Part shown: piece by piece, positions 23,423-37,270 of the stretch | How the letters are laid out: every line of letters starts with the position of its first letter | Numbering within the stretch: the first letter of the stretch is position 1 | NCBI GenBank assembly: GCA_964016885.1 | Contig: OZ024743.1 | Coordinates: 369,210,001-369,274,000 of the forward strand | DNA: 64,000 nt | DNA from: Eledone cirrhosa | Lineage: Eukaryota | Direction: 5' to 3' | Program-made: the position numbers and the translations under genes | The notes under the pieces: generated by a model | The model's input: only the letters and a program-made list of their open reading frames with translations | The model's database searches: none | Told to the model about the DNA's origin: nothing

Positions 23423-25120
23423 ACTCCTCCTCCTTCTTCACCCATTTATTCCTGAAAGGGTCGTGGGGTAAGAGTCCTCAAACATTCCTTTCAGTGGGTC
23501 CTGTCAGAAGCAATCGTCTCTAACTGATCCATTGGTGTTATCCAACCATCTTGCTCGTGATCAACTCCTGGGTCTCCTGCCAGTTGGTTTTGCCCATAAA
23601 ATCTGCCCAGCGAGACATTCTAACCACATATCAATAGTATCGGAGCTGTGATCTCTCAACTCTGAGAAGTAGCAGCTCTACCCGGAATGACTCTCTGATC
23701 TCTGGCCTACGCACTCTATAGGGTAACTTTACTCCAAAGGCCCTTTGAAGGAACCCCATTTCGGCCACTTGTATTTGCGATTGTATTCTTTCAGTCATTA
23801 CCCAAGATTCATGACCAGAGGTAAGAGTTGGCACGAATACTGAATTGAAGATAACAAGTTTGGCTTTTATGCCTACCCCCCTTCTTCTGATTACTGAATG
23901 TTGAAGCTGGCGCAGTAATGCACCAGATCTGCAATTCTTGCACTTAATTCAGCCTCCTCCCTTTGTGAACATGGCCCTGAGATACTTGAACTTCTCTACC
24001 TGCTTCAGTAGAACTTCATTCACATGTAGAGTCACTGTGCAGGCTTCCTTGAGAAGATGAGTCTCAGTTTTCACAGTACTGATTTTCACTGTAGCTGTGC
24101 AACACTTGACATCAAACCCATCAAGTTCAAGTTGAAGATCACCTTCTGTTGAGTTAAGTAACACCATGTCATCTGCAAATTTCAGCCAATTGATTTTACA
24201 CCCACTAGTTATGATACTACTTCCAACCGGACTGTGCATGTTAATCCTGTTCATGTAAAAAATGAACAGGAGAGGGGACAGTACGCACCCTTGGTGGAGT
24301 CCAACTCCCACAGTGAATAGTTTCAATTTAGCACTATTTATTCAAACACAAATTGTAGGGCATTTGTATAGAGACATCAGGGAAGCAAGAAACTGACCAT
24401 CAATCCCATACTCCTGCACAGCCTTCTATGGCAGGTCTCGAGGAACATGGTCATATGCCTTTTCAAGGTCGACAAAACAAGAATTTACATCTTGGCAATA
24501 TTCCCATGATTCCTCGAAGACCTGTTGCAGTGTGAATATTTGGTCGGCAGTGCTACACCTGGGGCCCAAACCGCATTGTTTCTCAGCTAGCTTGGACTCG
24601 ACAATATCCTTGCATCTCTTTGTCAGATACTTAGCATAGTCTTTATCGGGGAGACTTAACTAGAAGATCCCTCTGTAATTGGAACAATCTCTCTTGTTTA
24701 CCTTTTTGAAAATTGGGATTATCACTCCTGATTGCCATTGCTCAGGTGCCTTTCCAGAGATCCAGACCACCCGGCACATATGAGTCAGCCAGAGAATACC
24801 TCTATTTAAGGCTTTTCATATCTCAGGTCGGATTTCATCCTCATCAGCGGCTTGCCAGATTTAAGCTCTTTAACTACTCTTGTGACCTCAGCCTCTGAGA
24901 GATTAGTCACTGCTCCCAGATGCATCTCGTGTACATCAGAAAATGCTGTTGTAATCGGGTTTAGGAGATCAGCAAAGTATTCTCTCCGAAAAGAGGAGAA
25001 CCCCAGACGCAGGTGTGGAGGAGGGATTCTTATTATGAAGTTGGCGGATGGTCTGCCAGAACATTTTATTTGCTGATCCGAAGTTGGATTCCAGCTTAAA
25101 CCCCAAAGTTCTCCCATGTT
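23423..25120 (-). mobile_element. RTE family 3 (Rex3/Expander-like) LINE fragment
   Basis: ELKSGK, VGVGLHQGCVLSPLLF, KFADDMV, PTLTSGHESWVMTER, gaa/gga tail. Confidence 0.88.
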
Positions 25121-25214
25121 AAGACATGGGAAGACAAGCTAGAATCTGACAGTCAAACGTAAATATTGAAATAAATAATTGTAAATAAATATTGGAGCAT
25201 CGTGCGAGTTGAAA

Positions 25215-25422
25215 TGCTTAGAAAATGTAGAAAATTTTGACTAGAGGAAGCTAGCTGTGAACACAGCTCAGAAAACCAGGTAATTAAACGGTGTACCTTT
25301 CAAATTCGATTCTCTGTAGCAGCTGTTTGCCACTTTTTCCATCTATAGTCTTTTTTTACCCGATTTTAAGCTGTTTTCACAGCTATCATCCTGCGTTTGA
25401 GATTTTCTACATTCTCTAAGCA
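25215..25422. repeat. Imperfect inverted repeat abutting (AAT)n
   Basis: tgcttagaaaatgtagaaaat...agctgtgaacacagct versus agctgttttcacagct...attttctacattctctaagca. Confidence 0.65.
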
Positions 25423-25430
25423 ATAATAAT

Positions 25431-25703
25431 TTTTTTTTTGTAAGGTTTCTCTAGCAATTGGTTGCTAGTTGAAGCGTTAATTATCCTCACATCAGTCCCT
25501 CATCTCAGAGGCTCAATATATTGTGCAGGATTCTTGCAGTACTTGTGATGGTAGAAATTTGGGCACTGCCTATGAAGTCAGGTATCCCAAGACTTTTGAT
25601 GAAAGGTGTAAGGTGTTTAGGGACAATGCCTAGTACCCCAATGACAATTGATACAACTTCTGTCTCCACATGATGGTCAGTTCTAATGGCGCTTGCAAGG
25701 TCA
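25431..25703 (-). mobile_element. R4/Dong-like RLE non-LTR retrotransposon 3' fragment in (TAA)n
   Basis: DLASAIRTDHHVETEVVSIVIGVLGIVPKHL...SLGIP...AQISTITSTARILHNILSL*; aataataat on both sides. Confidence 0.7.
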
Positions 25704-26176
25704 AATAATAATAATTATAATAATAATATCTATCTATCTCTATTTAAATATATATATTATGCATCCTAACAGTCCAATTCTTTACTGCCAGTCTGCAATT
25801 TTATAACATACAAAATTTCTATTCATCTCTGTTATAGTCCTATAATACTGTTATAGTACTATTATATTATGTAAAGCACACTGATCTTTGTGAATATATT
25901 GGCAATCTTACAAGTTAGGTGATCATACAGAACATGCTGTACAGTGGAAACACAAATAAGAGGATAAGGTATGTAGCTGAATGAACATTCAATAGATAAA
26001 GAGAAAGAACTGTGAGAGTTAAATGTGATCAATATACATTATTCTGTCAATGTGCATAACCTGAGAAATATCTAAAGTTCTGTATAAAGAACATATGCAC
26101 ACACAATTTTGTGCTGAACATACACATTCTTATATTTAATCTGTATTAGGGTATCATGAAATATATAATTCCATAT

Positions 26177-26520
26177 TACTGTATATACTCGTATATAAGC
26201 TGAGAAATATGTGACAAAAAAATCAATGGTAAAATGAAGAGGAGAGGGTCGGCTTAAATATGAGGTCAATATTTTGCTGATTTTCACAACTTCAAAATTC
26301 TATGTAAACGAGGTGCTAAAATATTTTCGTTTTCAAGATGAATATTACACTGTTTTCACTTTGGAGGTGAATATTATATCAACATGAAATTTGTATTTCT
26401 TATATGAATGTGATTTTATGAATGAATATGGCCTTCAAAACAGTCAGAAATTGGTAAAAAAAATCATTACATAATGGAGTTGTGAAACAAAAAACATTTT
26501 GAATATCAAAATATTAAAAC
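26177..26520 (+). mobile_element. pogo/Tigger-like (Tc1/mariner) DNA transposon remnant
   Basis: TIR-like tactgtatatactcgtatataagctga and ggtcggcttaaatatgag. Reverse-complement homologues at ~33165-33370 and ~56840-57265. Confidence 0.55.
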
Positions 26521-27224
26521 TTCTCCATTCATGACAATTTCAAAACTGCACTATGTAAACATAATGTGTTTATAAACCAAGGCTTGTAAATGGGGTTAAG
26601 GTTTTTGCCTATTTCTGAGACATGAAATGGGGTGGTGGTGGTGGTGACTTATATTCAAGTATATACGGTATATATTTTTTTCAAGTTCTTGATAGTTTTC
26701 ATTTGCCCCCAATTCGCAACACCTGCCCATTTAGTTTTTCAGTTGCAATTTTCATCACATCTACACAACTGTTTAATCCTCATTGAAATAACAAGGATCC
26801 ATAGAACCTGTGCTAATCTCTGGCTTCCCATGGCCTTAAGCAGGTGTGAGATAAATCTCTTAGATAAGGATATTAGTTTATTCCAGGTATCTTTTCAAGC
26901 TGAAGATATTGAACTGAACACTCATTTATTTCACAGAGCTATCACTGATCTATAAGCAATGAAGTATACCAACCATAGAACTTACTGAGAGCTAAGGTGA
27001 CTCAGAGAAGGAAACTCTATATGGTTGCTTGACTAGCTATAAATAGCATCCAAAACTCCTTTGAACATCTCGCTACCATCCTTTGATTATGGAATCCTAG
27101 ATACACTATGTTTGAATAAAAGATGGTAGCATGCTCACATTTGAAACACATTTTTATTCACCGGATCAAGGTTGGACTGTAGCTAAAGAGCAACATAGAA
27201 CTAAGATTAGCCCCTAGTTCCCTT

Positions 27225-27385
27225 CTGAAGACATTGACCAGCTGAGAGGTACAGGCCTAGTATCAATTACATCGTGAGGTGGGGTGGCTGTTGTAGTGGG
27301 TGTTGCTGGCCATTCTCTGTGTCAATGCCTTTGCCATTCTGTCTGCAGAACATAGCCAAATCACCACTCAGACTGGGGCATAAAG
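27225..27385 (+). mobile_element. CRE-like RLE retroelement 3' end fragment
   Basis: gtggctgttgtagtgggtgttgctggccattctctgtgtcaatgcctttgccattctg (WL...LAIL..NAFAIL). Confidence 0.6.
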
Positions 27386-27896
27386 TCTGCCCCCCACCCT
27401 CTGTATTTCTTTCACTGCTTAATTCTCTTTTTTTTGGGTTTCATTAATTTTTTTTTAATTGTAAATATAATTAAATATACTTGCTGCTTCTCACACTATG
27501 AATGGAGGAAGCCAGGCTAAGTAACGTAGGGCATCAGTCTATAAGGGAACTGAGAAGAGACATTAAACTTTGTTATATTACATCAATTTCACCAGTCAGA
27601 AAGTGTGGTGATTGTACCTTGCCCCTCCTTTTCCTCTTAGTAACTGACTAAAAACACGAAAAAATCTTGTTGGCTGTAAATCTCAATGCAGTGCCAGTGA
27701 CAGGGTATGAATCACTACTTATCCAGGACCCTATAGACACAACCCTCTGTTTTTACTGGTAGCATTGTGAGCCAACAAAGTATTTCTATGTGGTCACTAA
27801 ACCTGCTATAAATATCAGCTAAATATCTTTCAAATCATACTGTACTGTCTTAAAAAAAGGTGCATTGGATAATTTAGTTTTATATGTATATATAAC

Positions 27897-28062
27897 CCCA
27901 CACTGTAAATGTGGTTGGTGTTAGGAAGGGCATCCAACTGTAGAAAACCTGCCAGACAGTCCTATGCGAGCAAGACAATCACTCTTGCCTCAAGTGGGAA
28001 AACCCCCGTCCAAACCCATGCAAGCGTGGAACACGGACGTTAAACGTTGATGATGATGATGA
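27897..28062 (+). mobile_element. RTE family 2 terminal fragment
   Basis: Near-identical to 61368-61533; (GAT)n tail. Confidence 0.85.
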
Positions 28063-30653
28063 TATAACAAAGGGTTGGGAGGACCCTACAGTTGTGCTAA
28101 GGACATGACAACCTCTCTAGTGTTGGTGATCTTCATGATAAATGCTCTGAAGAACACGTGTAGCTGAGAAAGACAGAGACAACAGATGGACAATGTTATG
28201 TACAGTATGGAGACTAAAAAACACATGTAACTGAGAAAGTCAGAATAAAGTGGAGAAATGAGATTGATAAGTTTATGGGCATTATATTTATGAGAGTGGT
28301 ACAGGGTAGGAATAGTTGGTGCTGGCTTGCAGTGGACAGATAATGGCTAAGAGTGATGATGATTATATGTGTAGTCAGAGAACATTGGATTAAAACAATT
28401 TTATTGGTGACCCAGTGTTATCAATAATGATGGCAATAGCATCGAATGAATTTAATTTTTGGAGTCCAGGATTGGTATGTCATATATCCCAGGGTTACCA
28501 GATATATGAAAAATCTTACAAACTGGGAAATTTGCATTTTGATAAGTTAATAGTTTGCATAAGAGAAACCCTATGGTTTATGTTGCTTATTGACATGTTG
28601 ATGTGATTAAAGATAAGAACGATAGTTTTATAATTTATTTCTAAGATAACTGTTCAGCATGTATGTACAGGTAACATACAGGATTAAATGTATGAATAAC
28701 TTAGCAGAAATAACTATTCAAGGGCCAAATCTAGGGTTATGACCCAACACCTTTTGATTGGAAAGCAAACTTCTTATTGTAGCAACATGACTGAGATAGG
28801 ACATTCTCTCTCTCTCTCTCTGTGAATTTTAAAGAGTTACAGACACATTTATATATAGATGTACAAATATACATTGCGTATTATTATGGTTGATGATGAT
28901 GATGATGATGATAAAATTAGCAAATTCAATTTTTTTCTAAACTTAATAACACAAGAACATGGTTGAAGGTGTAAATTTTCTTCTTAATAACATCTAAAGT
29001 TTTGTTTTCATTAATTCTTAACATATCTTGAAAAGTATAAGAGAAAAAAACACTATGATTGCAATGCATTAAAAATTCAAGTCTTGACTAAGAAACTGCA
29101 AATTCTCACAGCAATCTGTTCAGGAGTAAAAATACTATAAACATTTGAATTAACAAACTTATTTTTAAATATTTTCAACTAAATCATTACAGGATATTAA
29201 ATTAAAAGGTCTTCATTAAAAGCAATTATATTTCATTTTAGTTGCTGATTCTCTTGACTCTCTTATTTAATAACTTGATAAAGTTGATAAAATAAAACAT
29301 TTCTAGAAATGAGTGTTTAGTCAATGTTGTTTAGACCCCAAGTCAGCTCTGTTTGAGCAGAACTATGATCAAAGGCATTCTTGTTATGAATATCTTGTCA
29401 TTATCCAATGTCTCCTCTCCTTTTTTCAATATAGTAGGGTGAGATTTGCCTGCTGTTTCTAGCAGACTTCTCATTGGCTTGTTGGAGTTTAGTTAGCACT
29501 GATGTCAGATAATGTATGCGATATGTCTATGTATATACCCTTTATTTGGTTTGTTTTTCCATGCTTGTATAGGGAAGAGGGAGTAGTTTATTAAAATGAC
29601 CTGTACAAGTAGGGCAAAGGTCTTTTAATGCTTATTAATCTATAATAATTATATTTGAAAACACCTTTATTCAGCACATTTTATTGATTTCAATCTCTAA
29701 CAAATATGTATCATGGTATCTCTGTCTATGGAATTAATTATGAAATTGAATAACTTGTTTGATGAATCCTGCATCCTTTTCAAAATCGTTGCTTGGCATT
29801 GCTTCTGGCTTATTAACATAGTTATCTTATTCATTCACCCTTCAGTTTTATGATTTTTATTTATTCATTTTGTGCACCCATTCACCCACAATGGCTGATA
29901 TTCTGCACTCGTTTACACTAGCAAAAAATGGGATTAAAGCAATGACCTATTTTCCGATTCCAGTATTGAAATAACAATATAGATTTTTAATATTGGGTTT
30001 CTTCAGTGTATGTTACATGAGGGAATACATTATAAATAAAGCTTACTGAAAGAATGTTATATTCACACAATCACTCAGTACTTTTGCTGAAGTAGAACTA
30101 ACTATACATATACTTTTGTGTATCTCATACATCTACACGTGAATATGCAAACGTAAACGTGTATATCATCTGCATATTTTCAAGAGGAGGATCTTATTAC
30201 ATGACTCTGAAGATTCTATATTTTTTATGAAAGATGGGAGTTATCTTTCCTTCAAAAGATTGCTAGTAAATGATACCAATTTTGGTAATGTATTTTTTTA
30301 AAATTTTATTTGCAAAGAATTCCAATTTCATTTATTTAAGAGGAAGTAGCTTTAGTTTAGAGTGTAAACATTTTCAGCAAGGAACTTTTGATGAGTGTTG
30401 TTGTATATAAAAAATAAAAAAAAAGTAAAGGCGCTGATCATCAGATTAGACCAAAGAAAAGTGTTTCCATTGGTCTGTCCAATGATGATACTATCTGATG
30501 GTTGGAAAAAGAAGTGTGAACACAATGTGCCACCCGATCTAGGGATGATGCCCACAACCTTATGATCACAAGGGCAACACTCTAACCACTAGGCCACATG
30601 CCTTGAAGTGCTTTGTGTATAAAGATTTAGTTTAAACTGTTCATGTTGATATG

Positions 30654-30810
30654 GGCGCAGAATGGTTAAGTTCCCTTCACAATCCTTAGGCCCTGGTTTC
30701 AATCTCTCAGCATGGTATATTAGGCAAGTGCCATTAACCATAGTCTCAGGTCAAACCATGTCTTGTTAGTGAAATTGGGCAGACGGAAATTGTTTGGAAG
30801 TTTGTCAAAT
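30654..30810 (+). mobile_element. Decayed SINE family B
   Basis: ggcgcag..tggttaag...ggcaagtg...gaaattgggcagacggaaattg. Confidence 0.5.
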
Positions 30811-31042
30811 GGAATGTACCTGTAGTACTCTGTCATGCTGAATCTCCCTGAAAATAATTATGTTAAGGGTACATGTGTCTGTAGGATACTCAGTCATGTT
30901 AATGTCATAACTAGGCTGTACTGTTTATCAAACAACTGCAACACTCATCAAGAAAAAGAAAAAAAGAATCAATTCTTTTGCTAAAATATACAAATGTGAT
31001 GTTTATCCCTAATGTAACAGGAGCAAGACGATGGAATATACA

Positions 31043-31197
31043 CCATGCTTTGAAGCATAGAGTTACGGCCCTTTATGATCTGAGTTCAAATCCCGCCGAG
31101 GTTAACTTTGCCTTTCATCCTTACGGGGTCGATAAAATAAAGTACCAGTAATGCACTGGGATAATTGCTGGCCTGGTGCCAAAAGTAGAAACAATTA
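31043..31197 (+). mobile_element. 5'-truncated SINE family A
   Basis: Consensus match. A paralogous empty site is present at 59031-59141. Confidence 0.88.
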
Positions 31198-31231
31198 TAT
31201 ATCATGCTTCTCAGTTATCACCAATTATTAC

Positions 31232-31840
31232 ACCATCAACACTGCCTCCTCCTCACCACCACCACCATCAACACTGCCTCCTCCTCACCACCACCACCAT
31301 CAACACTGCCTCCTCCTCACCACCACCACCATCAACACTGCCTCCTCCTCACCACCACCACCATCAACACTGCCTCCTCCTCACCACCACCACCATCAAC
31401 ACTGCCTCCTCCTCACCACCACCACCATCAACACTGCCTCCTCCTCACCACCACCACCATCAACACTGCCTCCTCCTCACCACCACCACCATCAACACTG
31501 CCTCCTCCTCACCACCACCACCATCAACACTGCCTCCTCCTCACCACCACCACCATCAACACTGCCTCCTCCTCACCACCACCACCATCAACACTGCCTC
31601 CTCCTCACCACCACCACCATCAACACTGCCTCCTCCTCACCACCACCACCATCAACACTGCCTCCTCCTCACCACCACCACCATCAACACTGCCTCCTCC
31701 TCACCACCACCACCATCAACACTGCCTCCTCCTCACCACCACCACCATCAACACTGCCTCCTCCTCACCACCACCACCATCAACACTGCCTCCTCCTCAC
31801 CACCACCACCATCAACACTGCCTCCTCCTCACCACCATCA
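31232..31840. repeat. Near-perfect 32-bp minisatellite, ~19 copies
   Basis: Unit caacactgcctcctcctcaccaccaccaccat. Confidence 0.97.
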
Positions 31841-32221
31841 TCATCATAGAAGGCAAACTAAACTTACATAGATGTGAGCTGTAAATTTCATGTTTATTTT
31901 TTAATAAACACACACTTTAATAGTAGTATTTACCACTTAATATATGAAATATATATTAAACACTGTTTTGCTGACTCAACTAATTCTCATGGCTTGCAAA
32001 TTGCAGATGAAATAAACTAGTTAGTTCTTTAATTAATTAATTGATTATAATTTTATCTATTTCTGGCATTTTTTCCTACCTTGAAAAAGTTATTTAAGTT
32101 TTTCTCATATAATATTACTAAGTATGTATAAAAATAAAAGAATTATTAACTAAAAGTGCATCGTAAAAAATATATAGGTTACTTTATCAATGATCCTCCC
32201 TTTACTCTTGTCATCACACAT

Positions 32222-32260
<39 letters not shown>

Positions 32261-32336
32261 GTCCCCCCCTCTCTCTCTCTCTGTCCCCCCTCTCTCTCTC
32301 TGCCCCCCCCCTCTCTCTCTGCCCCCCCCTCTCTCT
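32222..32336. repeat. (CT)n / poly-C compound repeat
   Basis: Direct reading. Confidence 0.9.
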
Positions 32337-34699
32337 ACGTCAACTCTGATTTAGTAAAACATGATCAAAAGCAGTCCAGCTGTTACATTTGTCTTTTTTT
32401 TTAAAGGGTGAGGACAACATTATCTGATGTATTCTTTCTCTACCTTTTAGATTGGCAGGTTGTGATTTGGTGGATATTTGGCTGCTATTTCTTACACATC
32501 GAGCATCCATGTAGAGGCTTACACATCACATCCCCCATAATTATATTTTTCTCTCCAAACTACCAAAACACATATCTATTTGTATTTGCACTACAATTTC
32601 TGTACATGTTATGTTTATCGCATATCAAAGTTTTTTTTTTATATCTTGGTTGATATTTGATAATAACAACTAAACTAACCACTAAAACTAAATTGACCAG
32701 CCCTGTTTCTATTATATTAAACTATCCATTTCAAAGCATTCATGCTTATATTAAAACTTTTCATAATTTATGCTCTAGGCACCAGCTTAATAATGAGAAA
32801 ATTAGTTATATTACTAAATCTCTTCAAATTCTTGGATTATTTTCAAAATAATTTGAAAATCCCAGAAATATTGTAACATTGATTTGTTATTTCCTAATTT
32901 TTGTTTTTGAAAACAGCCAAGTATTTTTTTGATTCTGTCAATAAAGCAATTAGTTCATAAAACTAATTTTTTAACAACTTTTCATAAGTTTAGATTTTAG
33001 TACTAGATTTACTGTTATATACTCAAATATAATATTTTATGTCTAAGAAATGGTCAAAAATTCAAACTCTGTTTATAAGGTGAGGCAGGTAATGAAGGCA
33101 TTGTGTTTAGATGGTATAGTTTTGAAATACTCACCAGCGGAGAATATATTTATGTGATTTAAGTGTCATTTAAAGTATAGTTTTTGTTTCACAACTCCAT
33201 TACATAATGATTCTTTACCAATTTCCAACCATTTTGAAGGCCATATTATTCAAAAAGCAATTGGGAAAAACTAATTTTTATCTCCTTTATCTCCTTTATG
33301 TAGAATTTGAAGTTGGTGATAATTGGCAAAATATTGACTTCAAATATAAGCCAAGTCACCATTTTACAATTTACTTTGTTTTTTCATGTCATATTTTATT
33401 GAGATGCCCTTCCTGACATCTGGAAGGGATCTGGATGTAGAATTCTATCTCAATAAGTCTTATCCTACCCATCTAGATGGGGATGATGATATGTGGGGAT
33501 ATAAGCATGTGTGTTAATAAAACATTTTATTTATATATAAAGACATGGTGTTGACTTCCATGGCTCTCACACAAGCACTCCAAGATGCCTTAATGAGGGA
33601 AAAGGTTAAAGGAAAAAAGTGATTTATGTGTGCCATTAAAAGGAGATAAAAGAAACCAATTCCTACAACTGACTCTACTGTCATTATGTATGAAGAAGAA
33701 AAGCACATGTTAACAGTGAAGTCAGCCTGTAAACACAAGAGAAAGGGTGGCTGATAAAGAATGGTTGATACCCCATAAAGAAAGATATTATCTGCAGTTG
33801 GCTACCATATATTTCTAAAAACAAAAAACAAAAAGAAATTCTTCAAAAGGATCGTTGAAGTTTGAATACTTAAAAGGATTTATTTTACAACTTATTCTAG
33901 ATTAAATATGTGATCTAAATTGTTACTTTTTAAGAATCTTTGCAGTGTGTGTGTGTGTTAGGGTAGGATTTCACAGATTGGTAAATAAAAGAATTGATAA
34001 AAGAAAGAAAACCTGTCACAAAGGGAAATATAAGTAGCACATGATGCAAGTGTATATGAATTTCCCTGAGGTTAACTTTGCTTTTCATCCTTTTGGGGAC
34101 ACCCACTCCCTCCTCCATATAATAAAATACCACTCAAGGGCAATTGATTGGTAGAATTGTTAGTGTCAGACAAGATGTCTTGTGGTATTTCACATTTTAA
34201 GTTGAAATTCTGCTATGGGCCTCCTTGGATGGTAGACTTAATCCCTCACTTAGCGCTTTGGTGCCTTTAGCAGAGTCCACTCTGTTGAAATCATTTGGGA
34301 CAAGAATTCCTCTTTCTCTCATTCCCACCAGTCTTGGAAGCCCTGAAAAGAGGCATAAGCATTACCCTTCTCTCCCTGATTAAACAACAAAAATCAATAA
34401 AATTGAATAAAATATAAACACCATCCATTTTGATTCCTGCTCAAATCTCTTGCCATAGAAACATATGTGGTTTCTTGGTTCTTTACTGTAATATTTATAT
34501 GAATTTTGAACTATTTATATATGGTTTAATATAACTTCCAGTTGATTGTGTTATAACATCTTGTTCAGAGAATTGCACGCAATCAATGAAACAGTGCAAA
34601 ACAGATTTTAGTAATTAAAATTTCTAAATCATAAATAATTCTATTCCAAATAACAACAACACTACAGATATTGTTGTCTTCCTGTTTCTTCTACAACTA

Positions 34700-35255
34700 C
34701 AACGGTACACGATGGGGCCCACCCACAGCCCCGGCGGAGAGAATGGAGAAGGCGTTTCCCCAGAGGATGGCAATGTAGACGCACTAGAAAAGCCACTCCA
34801 ACTTGCGGGGCTCACACCTGCGGCTGGCCAGCTCATCGTCTATGGTGGTGAGTAAGGAGGTAGCCCTGGGGCCAAGGACACCAGAAGTCTCCACTGCCAG
34901 GGGTACAACCGCAAACCTGTCGGAAAACGACCGGTATTTTAGGAGTTTGGCCCACTCAGCCCGACCTGGATCAGTCGCAGACTGCACCAGGTTGCGGCTG
35001 CAGAAACTGTCGGTGCAAGTGGCATCCCAGACGAGGGGGTTTGCCACTGCGGAACGGGAAGATGGTCATGCCATCTGGCCTTTTGCCGTCCCCTTGATCC
35101 AGCCCCACCGGCTTGAGCTGGGAAGGGAAGCCTGCAGCGTCCAAGCCATGGTTAATGACCTCGTTGAGGGCAGCATGGCGTGGAATGCGGCCGGCACTGT
35201 GGCAACAGGAAAATGGATGGAGGGCGAAAGAGTCCACGGTGGAACCGCAGCGAAC
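34700..35255 (-). mobile_element. CRE-like RLE non-LTR retrotransposon 3' fragment
   Basis: Zn-knuckle H-C end ([16 protein letters not shown]), [14 protein letters not shown] (PD-D/ExK nuclease), KY..F.VVPLAVETSGVLG, GNAFSIL. Confidence 0.85.
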
Positions 35256-35344
35256 AAATTTTTTAATCCTTTCTTTACCGTATTTCTAATGGAATAACAC
35301 TATTTCAGTTAATTCTAAAATTCTAAATTATGTTATTACTAATA

Positions 35345-35467
35345 TAATTGTTTCTACTTTTGGGTCAAGGCCAGCAATTACCCAGTACATTACTGGTACT
35401 TTATTTTACAGACCCCGTAAGGATGAAAGGCAAAGTTAACCTCGGCGGGATTTGAACTCAGATCGTA
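35345..35467 (-). mobile_element. 5'-truncated SINE family A
   Basis: Reverse complement of the consensus. Confidence 0.85.
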
Positions 35468-35513
35468 ATGGTTCTTATATAAAATTATGTTGGAAGATTT
35501 TAATTTAGATAAA

Positions 35514-35670
35514 AACCCTTTAAAATGGTTGGTTTTGTTTCATAGAACCAGAGCTGGTTTTGGGTGGGTTGGTATCAAAAGGGTTATTAGGAACCCTTTA
35601 AAATGGGTGGTTTTGTATCATAGAACCAGAGCTGGTTTTGGGTGGGTTGGTATCAAAAGGGTTATTAGGA
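35514..35670. repeat. 78-bp tandem duplication of a piggyBac-like MITE end
   Basis: aaccctttaaaatgg...ggtatcaaaagggttattagg occurs twice; the reverse complement resembles the 62328 terminus. Confidence 0.6.
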
Positions 35671-35864
35671 ATATAGTAAAACGTAAACTACTTTGTAGAA
35701 TTGAATTAGCTATCACTGACTTGTCCACAATCATGTTTAGCTTGTCCCTGGGTGGGATATAGGTGTTTAATTTAATCTTTCATTTGATTGGAGTTAATAA
35801 AATCAATATGTCAGTTGATTAAACCTCACTCTTCCGTGATTCTAATTGAAAATAATTATAAAGT

Positions 35865-36080
35865 TCTCCTGGAAGGGTCATGGGGGCAGAGTATTCAGAG
35901 GGTCCTATTAAAATCAATGGTCTCTAATTGATTTGGTTGGATCCCCAAATGGAATCAACCAAACTGATGGGTGTTATCTAGCCATCTTGCTCAGGGTCTA
36001 CCATTGAGTCTCCCATCAGTTGGTTTTGTCCGTAACATCTATCCAGGATTTTTTTTCCTTAAACATTCTAACCACATATC
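35865..36080 (-). mobile_element. RTE family 3 3' fragment
   Basis: Homologous to 13500-13720 in reverse orientation. Confidence 0.6.
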
Positions 36081-36374
36081 CATTACAGGTGAATTTGTAA
36101 CTACATCAAATATGAAATTCTATATTAAGAAAAAAAATAACAACAAAAAATGAAACTATTTTGTTTGTTTTATCTTGGAAAAAGGTATGAATTCCTTACC
36201 ATTCCATTCCTCTTATATTGTAAATCTGACATTTGATATTTTGCATGACAAATTAGTATTCCATGTGTCACAATGCTGCTCTTTTTTCTTCAAAGGGAAG
36301 GGCCCCTGTCTGAAAGGGTAGAACTCTACCTCACCTCACTTGAAATATTATTTTGATTCTAAGTTCTTCTCAGG

Positions 36375-36545
36375 CCCTGCAATGCTGATTTCCCCTGAAA
36401 AATCAGAAAGACAGCAGCCTGCCTGATGAGGAGCCCCGTGAAGTGGGGTGGCTGTTGCAGCAGATGTTGCTGGCCATTCCCCGTGGTAATGCCTTTGCCA
36501 TTTTGTCTGTGAGGCATGGCTGAATCACTGTTCAGCCTGGGATAT
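36375..36545 (+). mobile_element. CRE-like 3' end fragment
   Basis: gagccccgtgaagtggggtggctgttgcagcagatgttgctggccattccccgtggtaatgcctttgccatt (EPRE..WLLQ..LAI.RGNAFAI). Confidence 0.65.
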
Positions 36546-36668
36546 ATTGTCTGTCTCTCCCTGTATCTCTTAATTTCTTTCTTGCTTCATTCTCTTTTTC
36601 TTCTTCCCCTTTCCTTTTTTTTTTTTTGTTTCATTAAACAGCTAATTTCAATGTGTTATTATTTTAAG

Positions 36669-36862
36669 GGTGGTGGATTGGCAGTATCGGTAGAGGGTTG
36701 GATGCCATGCTTTGCAGCATAGAGTAACGGCCCTTTACGGTCTGAGTTCAAATCCCGCTGAGGTTAACTTTGCCTTTCATCCTTACGGGGGTGATAAAAT
36801 AAAGTATCAGTAATGCACTGGAGTAATTGCTGGCCTTGTGCCAAAAGTAGAAACAATTATTA
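36669..36862 (+). mobile_element. Full-length SINE family A
   Basis: Consensus match; TSD-like ttattatt(t/c)taa flanks. Confidence 0.9.
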
Positions 36863-37077
36863 TTCTAAAAGTTAGTCAAGTGTTGAAGAGGGACAGTACT
36901 CATTTCAGGATTTCCCAGACATGTTTGGTTGAACTAGCTGATGCTCAGCTTTACCGTCTGCAGGAATAAAACATGAATGGATGGGGTATCCCAATAGAGA
37001 TGGGTGTTGTTTAGTCTGAATATTTGCAACTGTTTAACTTCTCTAAATGGATCTAAGAACCAAGAGATGGTGATCTC

Positions 37078-37270
37078 AGTGTTGTTGTTGTTTAACCCAA
37101 GTCAACCTTATTCAAGCAGACCTAATATCAAAGACTTGCCAGTTATCTTTTTAAGGGTTTCTAAGATTACATTATCTAATGTGCGTTTCTCTTTTTTAAA
37201 ATATAAGGTGTTATTTGAGAGAAATTAGGCTGGTAATTCGAGCAGTTGGAGAGACCCCTTCGTTGCCTCA
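37078..37270 (-). mobile_element. Dispersed repeat family ending in (CAA)n (SINE/LINE tail)
   Basis: gttgttgtttaaccc..caagcagacct..atcaaag...gatttggctgctatttctagcag. Decayed relatives near 21.8k, 27.0k, 27.8k, 29.3k, 41.5k, 44.4k, 55.8k and 56.2k. Confidence 0.55.

Noticed and set aside
31151-31884. Three overlapping ~230-aa Pro/His/Thr ORFs
   Set aside because: A stop-free 32-bp tandem unit cycles through all three frames; the starts lie in or next to a SINE tail
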